From NCBI GenBank assembly GCA_964522265.1, contig CAZFVS010000001.1, positions 1-32,000 on the forward strand: a stretch of 32,000 bases of DNA, read 5' to 3'. The translations under genes and the position numbers were made by a program. Positions 15,278-24,725 of the stretch are shown here, one piece after another. Position 1 is the first letter of the stretch, and each line of letters begins with the position of its first letter. Under the pieces are notes generated by a model. It made no database searches and was not told where the DNA came from. It saw only the letters and a list, made by a program, of their open reading frames with translations. This DNA comes from an uncultured Gammaproteobacteria bacterium. Lineage in GTDB: Bacteria > Patescibacteriota > Microgenomatia > Daviesbacterales > UBA10151.

Positions 15278-15637
15278 ATGCAGATTATTACTCAGTTTTT
15301 TACAATTGTTTTTACTGTTTTCGCTCTAAGCAGAGCATATTTGCGCTTTAAGGAGCGGAAATTATCATCCTTTGCTTTTATATTTTGGATTTTCGTATGG
15401 ATAACAGGGACTGTGGCTATTTTTTTTCCTGATTTAACTACCAAGATAGCCAGGTTTGTCGGAATCGGTAGAGGTGTAGATATTGTCCTTTATGCCTCAA
15501 TTGTTATTATTTTTTATCTACTTTTTAGAATTTACATTAAAATTGAGGATACTCAAAGACAGATTACCCAAATCGCAAGAAAAATTGCCCTCCGCAGAGT
15601 GTTGAAAAGCAAGAAAAGAACTGCCGGAAAATCATGA
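15278..15637 (+). CDS. Small 3-TM membrane protein, DUF2304-like (GacJ-like partner of the preceding GT2)
   Basis: 119 aa with three hydrophobic helices. A C-terminal amphipathic helix (EDTQRQITQIARKIALRR) follows. It starts 2 nt after the GT2 stop. Topology and size fit DUF2304 as I recall it. Confidence 0.55.
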   Translation: MQIITQFFTIVFTVFALSRAYLRFKERKLSSFAFIFWIFVWITGTVAIFFPDLTTKIARFVGIGRGVDIVLYASIVIIFYLLFRIYIKIEDTQRQITQIARKIALRRVLKSKKRTAGKS

Positions 15638-17856
15638 AAATTCTTTTTGTGACCGAGTTTTTTCCGTACTCTAATGAATTGATATTTAGTGGAGGGGTAG
15701 AGGCTTACAATTTTTATCTAATCAGTGAATTATCAAAAAAGCATCAAATTAGCGTGATTTGTAGGAATCAAGGATCCGGTAATTTAAAGCCCAGATTTAA
15801 TTTTAAGATTATTAGAATAGGACATAAAAGTATAAGGATAGATACCGATATCAGTACTTTGCCGTATAGGTTATCGTTTTTTATACAGGCATTGAGATTA
15901 GGATTACGGGAAGATTTTGATATTGTGCAGGGTAATAACTTTGTTACATACCCGATTGCTTTTTTACTAGGAGTTCTTAAAAAAAGACCTGCCATTGCCT
16001 GGTATCCGGATGTATTTATTGGCAAATGGATAAAATTGACGGGATTACTGCCTGGGGTAATAGGAGAAATCGTAGAAAGGATTTCATTGGTTTTGCCTTG
16101 GGCACATGTGATAGCCCTTAGTGGGGAAACAAAGTATAAATTGTTAAGGCTTGGGATAGATGACAAAAATATTTCCCTAATATATGCAGGCATTGATCTG
16201 GTTTTTTTTAAAAAGATCAAAATAAGAAAAAATAAGATTTTAACTTTATGTTGCGTTTCACGACTTGTTAGGTATAAAAGAATAGATTTGTTAATTAAGG
16301 CTGCATCTGTACTCAAAATAAAGGGTTATAAATTTAAGGTTTATATTGTTGGTAATGGTCCTGAAAAAAATAATCTGATAAATTTAAGAGAGGAATTGGG
16401 TTTGGAATCGTTCGTTGTATTTGAATCTGATCTTTCCAGAATTGAGTTGGGGAAAAGAATAAAATCCTCACATCTTTTTTGTCATCTATCCGAAGCTGAA
16501 GGCTTTGGGATGGTTCTTTTGGAAGCAGCGGCCTGTGGAGTTCCGATTGTAGCAAGTAATCTAAGAATTCTAAGAGAGATTACCCAAAATGGCAAGGGAA
16601 CAATTTTCTTTGAACCGGGTAATTATAATAATTTAGCAAAAAAGATAGAGCAAATTATAAAAAACAAAAAATTTCGTCAAGAGTTATCAAAGGATGTATT
16701 TAATTTGGCAGCAGCTTACTCCTGGACTAAAATTACCAAGGATTTTGAGACAATTTATTTCAAATTAACAACTAAAAAAATAAAAATTCTTATGCTTATA
16801 GATGCGTGGTTTCCCTATGTTGGAGGGGGACAAATTCATGTTTGGGAGTTGTCCAAACAATTGGCCAAGATAGGTTGCGAAATAACAATTTTTACCAGGG
16901 ATTTAGGCAGATGGAATGAATTTTCAGATGGGGTTAGGGTAATAAAGGTAGGCTTTTCCAAAAAATTCGCAAATATTTTCGGTAGGATTGAGTACTTAAT
17001 TTATGCATTAATTTACAGCTTGAGTGCTAAATATGATATTCTCCACGCGCATGCCTTTTCTCCCGGATTGATTGCACCATTTGTAAAAATCCTTAGAAAT
17101 AAACCTGTGGTTTATACTGTACACGGGAAAGGGGCAAAAATAGCCGGATTAGGGTTTGGAGAGAAGTTTCTTGAGAATTTAGTCACTTATAAAATACCTT
17201 ATAATTTGGAAATAACCGTTGCTAAAAATACCATAACCAAAAAAACCTCAGCCAAGAAATTAGTAGTAGTCCCGAATGGTGTAGATATAGAAAAATTTGC
17301 AACAGCTAGAAGAAAAAGGACAAAAATCAAAAAAATTTTATATGTCGGCAGATTAAGCTATGAAAAGGGTGTAGATATATTGATTGAAGCTTTTAAAGGT
17401 TTAAAAAGCAAGAAATTAAGTTTATCAATGGTGGGAGAGGGAGGGGAATATGAAAAACTTAAAAAAATGGCTAGAGAAGTTAATATAAATTTTCTCGGCA
17501 AATTAACCAGTCATCATTTAATAAGTGAATATAAAAAAGCGGATTTATTAGTTTTACCGTCCAGAACAGAGGGACAACCTTTAGTTCTTTTTGAAGCTTG
17601 GGCTGCTAAATTACCTATATTGGTAACTAGAGTTGGTGATAATGAAAAATATATTAAAGATGGAGTAAATGGTTATTTAACTTATCCTGATGTTAAATCA
17701 TTAACGATGTCTATTAATAAAATCTTTGATATTAAAGATATTGGAGAAGTGACAAATAAAGCTTACTTAAGAGTACAAAAATTCAGCTGGAATAACATTG
17801 CATACAAAACTTTAGGAGGATATAATCAATTACTTTATGGGGAAGCCCAAAATTAG
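15634..17856 (+). CDS. Tandem GT4-GT4 fusion glycosyltransferase
   Basis: 740 aa. The first module is MKILFVTEFFPY...EAEGFGMVLLEAAACGVPIVASN...YSWTKITKDFETIYFKL. After a short TTKK linker (about nt 16770) comes the second complete module, IKILMLIDAWFPYVGGGQIHVWEL...RTEGQPLVLFEAWAAKLPILVTRVGDN. Confidence 0.8.
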   Translation: MKILFVTEFFPYSNELIFSGGVEAYNFYLISELSKKHQISVICRNQGSGNLKPRFNFKIIRIGHKSIRIDTDISTLPYRLSFFIQALRLGLREDFDIVQGNNFVTYPIAFLLGVLKKRPAIAWYPDVFIGKWIKLTGLLPGVIGEIVERISLVLPWAHVIALSGETKYKLLRLGIDDKNISLIYAGIDLVFFKKIKIRKNKILTLCCVSRLVRYKRIDLLIKAASVLKIKGYKFKVYIVGNGPEKNNLINLREELGLESFVVFESDLSRIELGKRIKSSHLFCHLSEAEGFGMVLLEAAACGVPIVASNLRILREITQNGKGTIFFEPGNYNNLAKKIEQIIKNKKFRQELSKDVFNLAAAYSWTKITKDFETIYFKLTTKKIKILMLIDAWFPYVGGGQIHVWELSKQLAKIGCEITIFTRDLGRWNEFSDGVRVIKVGFSKKFANIFGRIEYLIYALIYSLSAKYDILHAHAFSPGLIAPFVKILRNKPVVYTVHGKGAKIAGLGFGEKFLENLVTYKIPYNLEITVAKNTITKKTSAKKLVVVPNGVDIEKFATARRKRTKIKKILYVGRLSYEKGVDILIEAFKGLKSKKLSLSMVGEGGEYEKLKKMAREVNINFLGKLTSHHLISEYKKADLLVLPSRTEGQPLVLFEAWAAKLPILVTRVGDNEKYIKDGVNGYLTYPDVKSLTMSINKIFDIKDIGEVTNKAYLRVQKFSWNNIAYKTLGGYNQLLYGEAQN

Positions 17857-18547
17857 CGTTGTAATGCCTGTTTATAATGGAGGAAAATACTTAAAACAAT
17901 CTTTGAAAAGTATTTTAAACCAAACGTATAAGAACTTTGAACTTATTGTTGTGAACGATGGTTCAACAGACTCAACAGCTAAAATTTTAACTACGATTAA
18001 TGATAAAAGACTTAAGATTATTCACAATATTTACAATGTAGGAGTAGCCAAGTCATTAAACAGAGGTTTAAAAATCGCAAAAGGTGATTATATAGCAAGA
18101 TGTGATAGTGATGATATAAATTTTAAAAAGAGGTTTAAAATACAGATAGATTTTTTAGATAAACATCTATCATATGCACTTGTTGGATCAAATGCAATGC
18201 TGATTGACGAAAAAGGTAAAAAAATAAAAAAGACTAGTTTGCCCGCAACTGATAGTCAGATAAGAAAAAAAATTTTATTTAGAAATCCAATTCTCCATCC
18301 AGCAGTGGTTTATCGAAAAAAATTAATGAATAAAACTATAAACTATAGAGAAATGTTTAATGGTGCTGAAGATTATGATTTATGGTTTAGGCTACTTAAG
18401 ATAGGGAAAGCATATAATTTTAAGGATTCTTTGATTAAGCATAGGATTCATAAAGACATCGTCACTAAAAAATTTCATCTTAAAATAGAATTATTAGCTT
18501 TGTTTGTCAGGCTTAATAATTTTTCATTTTTGAAATATATATTATGA
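17837..18547 (+). CDS. GT2-family glycosyltransferase
   Basis: 236 aa. Motifs are KISVVMPVYNGGKYLKQSLKSILNQTY.NFELIVVNDGSTDST and the DSDD acidic motif. It overlaps the upstream gene by 20 nt. Confidence 0.8.
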   Translation: MGKPKISVVMPVYNGGKYLKQSLKSILNQTYKNFELIVVNDGSTDSTAKILTTINDKRLKIIHNIYNVGVAKSLNRGLKIAKGDYIARCDSDDINFKKRFKIQIDFLDKHLSYALVGSNAMLIDEKGKKIKKTSLPATDSQIRKKILFRNPILHPAVVYRKKLMNKTINYREMFNGAEDYDLWFRLLKIGKAYNFKDSLIKHRIHKDIVTKKFHLKIELLALFVRLNNFSFLKYIL

Positions 18548-20541
18548 ACCTACAAAATAAAAAAATATTGATAACAGGTGGAGATGGGTTTATCGGTAGA
18601 CATTTGGTTTTTGGTCTTAAGCGATTGGGAGCCAAGATTGACATCTTTGATAGAAATAGAGGAGATGATATGAATGATTATAAAAAACTGGAAAAAATTC
18701 TTAAAAAAAACTATTTTGCAGTTTATCATTTAGCAGGAGTGTCAGGAGCTGTACAAAGCATTACACAAGAACGTAATTTTTTAAATATTAATACTTTGGC
18801 TTCAATTAAATTGGCTGAGCTATTACTAGAACATACGCCCAATACTAAATTAATTATTTCAAGTACCAGACTTGAATATGGTGTACCAAAATATCTTCCA
18901 GTGGATGAGCAACACCCAACTTTTCCTATATCTATATATGGATTGTCAAAATTAGCATTTACCCAAATAGCCATGGGTTTTTTTGCCAAGTGGGGATTGG
19001 ATATCACAATCCTTCGTACCTCAAATGTTTATGGTCCTCATCGTAAGGATATTTTTAAGGGTTACAACGTCATAAACTTTTTTGTAAATTTGGCATTTAA
19101 TAATAAAACGATCCAAATTTTTGGGGATGGATCTCAATTACGTGATTATCTCTATATTGATGATTTTGTTCAGGTTTTGATAAAAGCATTAGACAAAAAA
19201 AGTAAAGGAGAGATTATTAATATTGGATTTGGTAAAGGAATATCGATTAAAGCTATTGTCAAAAAAATTATACGATATTGGGGTAAAGGTAAAATAAAGT
19301 TTATCAAATGGCCTAAAAATTATCAACTTGTTGAGTCCGGAAGTTATATAACCAATATTAAAAAGGCACAAGAATTATTAGATTTTCAGCCAACGATTGA
19401 TTTTGACGAAGGTATTGCTTTGTCAATGAATAGTTGTATCAAAATTTGTTCTCCACATCTTGGTATAAACCCGGAATCGATTTTAGGAGGTGAAATATTT
19501 GACCGACAAATTCTCTTAGGTCTTGCCGAAAAAGGTGTGAATATTGAAATTATCCTTCCGTTTACCCTAAAACATGATGACCATAAAAATTGGCATATAA
19601 CTAATTTACCAATAGTACATTTTCCCGCAATCTTATTTAATATTTTTATTTTACCGTATCTTTTTATTTTATATAAGTTAAGAAAATTTAGAATAATCAG
19701 AATTCATTCTCCCAGATATGTTGGCTTAGGTTGCTTGATCTTTAAAATGATTAATCCAAAAGTTAAATTAATAGCCACATATCACCAATTCAGAGAAACA
19801 AATTTTTTTTGGTTAAGCAAAATTGTTAATAAAGCTTGGGACCATATTATTTGTGATAGCGAAAACGTTAAAAGAGAACTCAATAGAAAATATGGAATAA
19901 GTTTAACCAATATTACCGTTGTGCATAATGGAGTTCCTTCCTACCTAAAACCTATGCCTAAAAATAAACAGCTCATGAAACAATTTAAATTGCAAGGGAA
20001 AAATATTCTTTTATATATGGGGTTGTTTATAGATCGGAAGACCCCCTTATTTTTAATTGATGTTCTAAAAAAACTAGTTCAAAAAGATAAAAATATTATT
20101 CTTTTGATGGTTGGTAAGGGGGAACTAGAGCATCAAATTATAAGTCGAGCTAAAGATAATGGGGTTTTTAATAATCTAAGATTGATCAAACAGGTTTTTG
20201 GAGAGGAGAAAAATCAAATTAAAAAATTAGAAGACTTGTTCGTCTTTCCTTCAAAGGACGAGGGATTTGCTCTTGCTCCCCTTGAAGCCATGGCATGCGG
20301 TGTACCGGTAATAGAAAATAATAGACACTCAGCTGCGGAAGCTGTCACTAATGGTAAAAATGGCTATTTGTGCCAAACTGATAATATTAATGATTGGACA
20401 AATAAAATAAACAAAATTTTGTCAGATTTAAAATTACGTACAAAAATGAGCGATAATTGTTTAAAAAGAATAAATAAAGAATTTGATTGGGAACAAGCTG
20501 TTAATCACCACATTGCAGTGTTTAAAAAGTTAATTTCATGA
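18544..20541 (+). CDS. Fusion protein: N-terminal extended-SDR sugar-nucleotide epimerase/dehydratase plus C-terminal GT4 glycosyltransferase
   Basis: 665 aa. In residues 1 to about 297, the SDR motifs are ILITGGDGFIGRH, SST (106-108) and Y132-x3-K136 (YGLSK). From about nt 19435 the GT4 module has GGEIFDRQILLGLAEKG and KDEGFALAPLEAMACGVPVIENN. Confidence 0.75.
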   Translation: MNLQNKKILITGGDGFIGRHLVFGLKRLGAKIDIFDRNRGDDMNDYKKLEKILKKNYFAVYHLAGVSGAVQSITQERNFLNINTLASIKLAELLLEHTPNTKLIISSTRLEYGVPKYLPVDEQHPTFPISIYGLSKLAFTQIAMGFFAKWGLDITILRTSNVYGPHRKDIFKGYNVINFFVNLAFNNKTIQIFGDGSQLRDYLYIDDFVQVLIKALDKKSKGEIINIGFGKGISIKAIVKKIIRYWGKGKIKFIKWPKNYQLVESGSYITNIKKAQELLDFQPTIDFDEGIALSMNSCIKICSPHLGINPESILGGEIFDRQILLGLAEKGVNIEIILPFTLKHDDHKNWHITNLPIVHFPAILFNIFILPYLFILYKLRKFRIIRIHSPRYVGLGCLIFKMINPKVKLIATYHQFRETNFFWLSKIVNKAWDHIICDSENVKRELNRKYGISLTNITVVHNGVPSYLKPMPKNKQLMKQFKLQGKNILLYMGLFIDRKTPLFLIDVLKKLVQKDKNIILLMVGKGELEHQIISRAKDNGVFNNLRLIKQVFGEEKNQIKKLEDLFVFPSKDEGFALAPLEAMACGVPVIENNRHSAAEAVTNGKNGYLCQTDNINDWTNKINKILSDLKLRTKMSDNCLKRINKEFDWEQAVNHHIAVFKKLIS

Positions 20542-21308
20542 AAATTTTTAAAAAAATATTGATCTTAATGTTAAAACAGCTGGATTATGGGAGTGCTATA
20601 TCTGTACGTCTAATCAAACTTACTGGGAAGTCAACAGCACCGATACACCCGAAACATTTTTTAACAACAAAACCTTGGTTTGTCGAATATATTAAAGAAA
20701 AAGATGTTGTTTTAGATTTAGGATGCGGAAATGGCCAAAACTCATTGAAAATTGCAAAAGTTGCAAAAAAGGTTATAGGTATAGAAATTAACCCTAAATC
20801 TCTAGAAATAGCGATCAAAACTAGCAAGCATTTAAGAATTAGAAACATTAAATTTATTTTAGGAGATTTGGAAAAAAAATTACCAATTCCCAAGAAATCG
20901 ATAGATAAGGTGGTTATGCTTGCATTGCTTGAACATTTAAAAGAGCGCAATCAAATTATGGAAGAAATTAAAAAAGTGATAAAACCCGCAGGCTTACTTT
21001 TTATTAGCGTCCCTAATTCCCAAACGACTTGGAAAAAAATGCAACGAAGTGTTGGAATGTCATCTTATTCTGACCCTGATCATAAGATTGAGTACTCGGA
21101 GCGCCAAATAAAAAAATTTTTGTCCAAACATGGATTTATAATAAAACAATTAAATTATGGCACGTACGATACTCCGTGGAGAGGATTGATAGATATTATT
21201 GGTGGTTTTTCTCTTACCATGTATCGTGTAATGACCGATTTGCGACAAAAACTTGTCGCAAAAAACCCCAAAGAAGCGAGTGGGTTTGAAATAATTGCAT
21301 TTAAATAA
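20538..21308 (+). CDS. Class I SAM-dependent methyltransferase
   Basis: 256 aa. SAM-binding motif I is VLDLGCGNGQNS. It is followed by an acidic loop (GIEIN) and the LLEHL motif typical of Methyltransf_11/23-like proteins. Confidence 0.75.
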   Translation: MKIFKKILILMLKQLDYGSAISVRLIKLTGKSTAPIHPKHFLTTKPWFVEYIKEKDVVLDLGCGNGQNSLKIAKVAKKVIGIEINPKSLEIAIKTSKHLRIRNIKFILGDLEKKLPIPKKSIDKVVMLALLEHLKERNQIMEEIKKVIKPAGLLFISVPNSQTTWKKMQRSVGMSSYSDPDHKIEYSERQIKKFLSKHGFIIKQLNYGTYDTPWRGLIDIIGGFSLTMYRVMTDLRQKLVAKNPKEASGFEIIAFK

Positions 21309-22585
21309 TGAATATTTTAATGCTCTCTGAATATTTTACGCCGTTTGATTTTGGAGGCTCAGAGTGGAGTACTTACTATTTAGCAAAAGGATTGGCCAAA
21401 AACGGAGTGCACATTACTATTCTAACTCCGAACTATGGAAAAGAGAAAAATAAAGAGTTTAAAGAAGGATTCCTAATATATCGACCTGCGTTTTATAAAA
21501 AAATTAATCAAAAAAAACAATTAACACCCTTTTGGTATACAAATTTATTATGGTTTTTTTGGAGCTCTTTTTTTACTATAAAATATTGCTTTCAAAATAA
21601 AGTAGACTTAATTCATGTACAAGGAAAATATTTTCTACTCGCAGCAATCCTGGCTAAATTAATTTTAAGAAAAAAAATAATTATAACTCTGAGAGACTAT
21701 ATTATCTTATGCCCTCTAGGTATGTGTCTTTTGTATCAAAATAAATTATGTACTCCCCTGGAATTTATAAAAAATGATATTCCGAAACTGCTAAAAATTT
21801 ACCATAAAGATAAAAATTTAGTCGTCAAATGCATCTTATATTTGGAGGCAATACGGTTATGGTTTATAAGCTTTTTTCATAAAAAGATATTAAAATATGC
21901 AGATATTATTATTGCAATAAGCAATATAGAAAAAAAAATCTACCAAAAACAGGGATTTAATAATATTTCTGTAATTTCTAATCCTTATTTATTTAAAATC
22001 CTAAAGAAGGCCAGAAAAAAGAAAATAAATAATAAAATTGTATTTGCTGGAAGAATTACCCCCGGGAAAGGTGCAGATATTTTAATTAAGATAGCACCTA
22101 TTTTGATAAAAAAATTTAACAATGTAACCCTCTATTTTATTGGAGAAGGATTTTTAAAAAAGTATTTAATTAATGAATCAAGGATAAATAAATTTAAATC
22201 ACATGTAAAATTTTTAGGGCACATTGATCATAGTAGGCTAGAGGAGCATCTCAAAACAGCCAATTTAACAGTTATACCTTCTGTTTGGCCAGAACCATTT
22301 GGTCGGATTGCTCTCGAGTCTATAGGTGTAGGTACACCGATTGTAGTAAGCGACAGGTGCGGTGTATCTGAAAATATAATTGATAAAAGATGGGGTATAA
22401 TAAGTAGTCCTACAGAAACAGAACTACTAAAAAATATCAATCTAGCCCTGAAAAATCAAAATATAATGAGAAGTAATCTACAAAATGATTTTCTTCTAAT
22501 AAAGAATATTTGGTCGAATGATGTATACGATATGCACATAAGAATTTATAATCGATCAATAAAAAATACCTGCTCCTCAAAATGA
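21308..22585 (+). CDS. GT4 glycosyltransferase
   Basis: 425 aa. The N-terminus is MNILMLSEYFTPFDFGGSEW and the C-terminal catalytic region is WPEPFGRIALESIGVGTPIVVSDRCG. It is joined to the upstream gene by a TAATG junction. Confidence 0.75.
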   Translation: MNILMLSEYFTPFDFGGSEWSTYYLAKGLAKNGVHITILTPNYGKEKNKEFKEGFLIYRPAFYKKINQKKQLTPFWYTNLLWFFWSSFFTIKYCFQNKVDLIHVQGKYFLLAAILAKLILRKKIIITLRDYIILCPLGMCLLYQNKLCTPLEFIKNDIPKLLKIYHKDKNLVVKCILYLEAIRLWFISFFHKKILKYADIIIAISNIEKKIYQKQGFNNISVISNPYLFKILKKARKKKINNKIVFAGRITPGKGADILIKIAPILIKKFNNVTLYFIGEGFLKKYLINESRINKFKSHVKFLGHIDHSRLEEHLKTANLTVIPSVWPEPFGRIALESIGVGTPIVVSDRCGVSENIIDKRWGIISSPTETELLKNINLALKNQNIMRSNLQNDFLLIKNIWSNDVYDMHIRIYNRSIKNTCSSK

Positions 22586-23664
22586 TCTTAGGTATATATT
22601 TATCCATAGGTGATAGTTTATCTAATTTAGCAAATGTTGGACAGGATACACTATTTAAGAAATATTATCTAAGAAAATTCTCAAATGAATTTAAAGAGGT
22701 TTATATTTTTTCTTATAAAAAGGAGAAAATTCAAAACCTGCCTGAAAACGTAAAAATTATACCTAATAAATATAATTTACATCGGTATATTTATGCATGC
22801 TTACTTCCATTATTAAATTTTAAGTTTATCTACAAGTGTGATATTTTTAGGGCATATCATCTTTCGGGCACACCACCAGCAATATTAGGAAAAATTTTTT
22901 TAAATAAGCCTTTTGTCTTTAATTATGCATATAATTACAATGCCTTAGCTAAAATAGAGGGTCATATAATTCAAGCATATTTTTATAAATTAATTGAACC
23001 ACTTGCTATTTTCTTTTCATGCACTTTCTTTACTGCGAATAGAACTATTTATAAAAAATTTAAAAGTAAAAAAAATTTTTTTCTACCCAATGGAGTTGAT
23101 ATAAATATTTTCAAACCTCAAAAAAAGAATATAAAAAATAAAACCCCGCTGGTTTTGTCGGTAGGAAGATTAGAATTACAAAAAAACTACAAAAATTTAA
23201 TTATTGCTATGAAGGGTATAAATGCAAAACTTTTAATAGTAGGTAAAGGAAGGTTATATAAACAACTGTACAGATTAGCGAGAAAAGAGAATGTAAAACT
23301 ACAGATAATAAAAAAAATTGATCATAGTAAAATTGCTGGAATATATAGAAAATCAGATATCTTTATTCTTCCATCTCTTTTAGAAGGCCATCCCAAAACC
23401 CTTCTTGAAGCAATGTCAAGTGGAAAACCTGTCATAGGGACTGATGTTGAGGGGGTAAATGATTTAATTGAAAATAAAAAAAACGGCATACTTTGCAATA
23501 AGAATATAAGCGATATCAATAATGCTTTAAGGTTGTTATTATATAATAAGAAACTGCAACTTAAATTATCAAAACGGGCAAGGGAAACGGCAGTGAGTAG
23601 ATATAACATTAATTTACTTCTAGAAAAAGAATTAACAGTATTGATGGCTGCTTATGAGAAATAA
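22582..23664 (+). CDS. GT4 glycosyltransferase
   Basis: 360 aa. Motifs are LSVGRLELQKNYKNLI and LLEGHPKTLLEAMSSGKPVIGTDVEG (E-x7-E). ATGA overlap upstream. Confidence 0.75.
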   Translation: MILGIYLSIGDSLSNLANVGQDTLFKKYYLRKFSNEFKEVYIFSYKKEKIQNLPENVKIIPNKYNLHRYIYACLLPLLNFKFIYKCDIFRAYHLSGTPPAILGKIFLNKPFVFNYAYNYNALAKIEGHIIQAYFYKLIEPLAIFFSCTFFTANRTIYKKFKSKKNFFLPNGVDINIFKPQKKNIKNKTPLVLSVGRLELQKNYKNLIIAMKGINAKLLIVGKGRLYKQLYRLARKENVKLQIIKKIDHSKIAGIYRKSDIFILPSLLEGHPKTLLEAMSSGKPVIGTDVEGVNDLIENKKNGILCNKNISDINNALRLLLYNKKLQLKLSKRARETAVSRYNINLLLEKELTVLMAAYEK

Positions 23665-24718
23665 AATTTTCTATATTTACAGAACCAAAAGAGAGCCTAA
23701 TTTAAATGCTGACAAAGAAGGATTAGAACCTGACCATATTCTATATGGACTCAATCATATTAATAAGATGGGTATAAAAGCTGAGTTCAGTGATATTGCT
23801 TACTCAAAATTTAACATACTTTATTGGATTTTCCTCCCGATGCAATATATTTTGATCAAAATGACATCCTTTGGATTCAAAATTGATCAAGCTATATTGC
23901 TTTATCCAAAAATTAAAAAGAATAAAATTCTTATTTCTACGGCTGATAGCGCTGGTTTACCAATCCTTTTATTTAAAAAAATGGGTTTAATAACTTCTAA
24001 AGTAATTTATATAAGTACCGGTTTAATAAATGAGCTAAAAAAAAGAAAACAAAATTCCTTGATAAAGTTTTATTATAATTTATTAAACTATGCAGATAGA
24101 ATTATATGTCATTCAAAGGTAGAAAAGAAACTATTTCTAGAAAAAATCAGTATAAATAAAAATAAAATATACGTAGTTCCTTTTGGGATAGATTGGAATT
24201 TTTTTAAGGGTCAAGTCAAAAGTCAAAATTATATCTTATCAGTAGGCAGAGATAGGTCGAGAGATTTTAAGTTACTCAAAGAGGTTGCAAAAATATTAAA
24301 AAAAGAAGCCTTCGTATTGGTAACGAGTAAACCAAATACAAAAAATATAAAATTTCCAACGAATGTAAGCGTCTATTATGATATTTCTTATATAGAGGTA
24401 AGGAAATTCTATAGGAAATCAAAATTAGTCTTTATTCCACTAAAAGAATTAGATAGGGCGGAAGGGCAAATAAGCTTTCTTGAGTCTATTGCTTCTGAGA
24501 AAAAAATAGTTATATCTAAAGTGACCGGAATTTATGATACTTATAAGAAAATCATAAACCATAAAAAGATCTTTTTTTACAAGCCGGGTGATTTAAACGG
24601 GGCAGTAAAAAAAATTAAAATGGCTTTGAAGCATGTTGACAGGAGTACAATGATAAATAAATTTTATTCCTCAGAAAGTTATGCAAAAAAAATTTTGAAA
24701 ATAGCAAAAAAAACTTAA
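23654..24718 (+). CDS. GT-B-fold (GT4-like, divergent) glycosyltransferase
   Basis: 354 aa. VVPFGIDWNFF and ILSVGRDRSRDFKLL are GT4-like. The acidic motif is atypical (AEGQISFLES, E-x6-E). Confidence 0.55.
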   Translation: MRNKIFYIYRTKREPNLNADKEGLEPDHILYGLNHINKMGIKAEFSDIAYSKFNILYWIFLPMQYILIKMTSFGFKIDQAILLYPKIKKNKILISTADSAGLPILLFKKMGLITSKVIYISTGLINELKKRKQNSLIKFYYNLLNYADRIICHSKVEKKLFLEKISINKNKIYVVPFGIDWNFFKGQVKSQNYILSVGRDRSRDFKLLKEVAKILKKEAFVLVTSKPNTKNIKFPTNVSVYYDISYIEVRKFYRKSKLVFIPLKELDRAEGQISFLESIASEKKIVISKVTGIYDTYKKIINHKKIFFYKPGDLNGAVKKIKMALKHVDRSTMINKFYSSESYAKKILKIAKKT

Positions 24719-24725
24719 TTTACCA

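Noticed and set aside
15768-16316. 182-aa antisense ORF inside the GT4-GT4 fusion gene
   Set aside because: It is in the same antisense register as above (offset 2 relative to the sense codons). It has no recognisable motifs, and the sense frame encodes a canonical GT4 domain.
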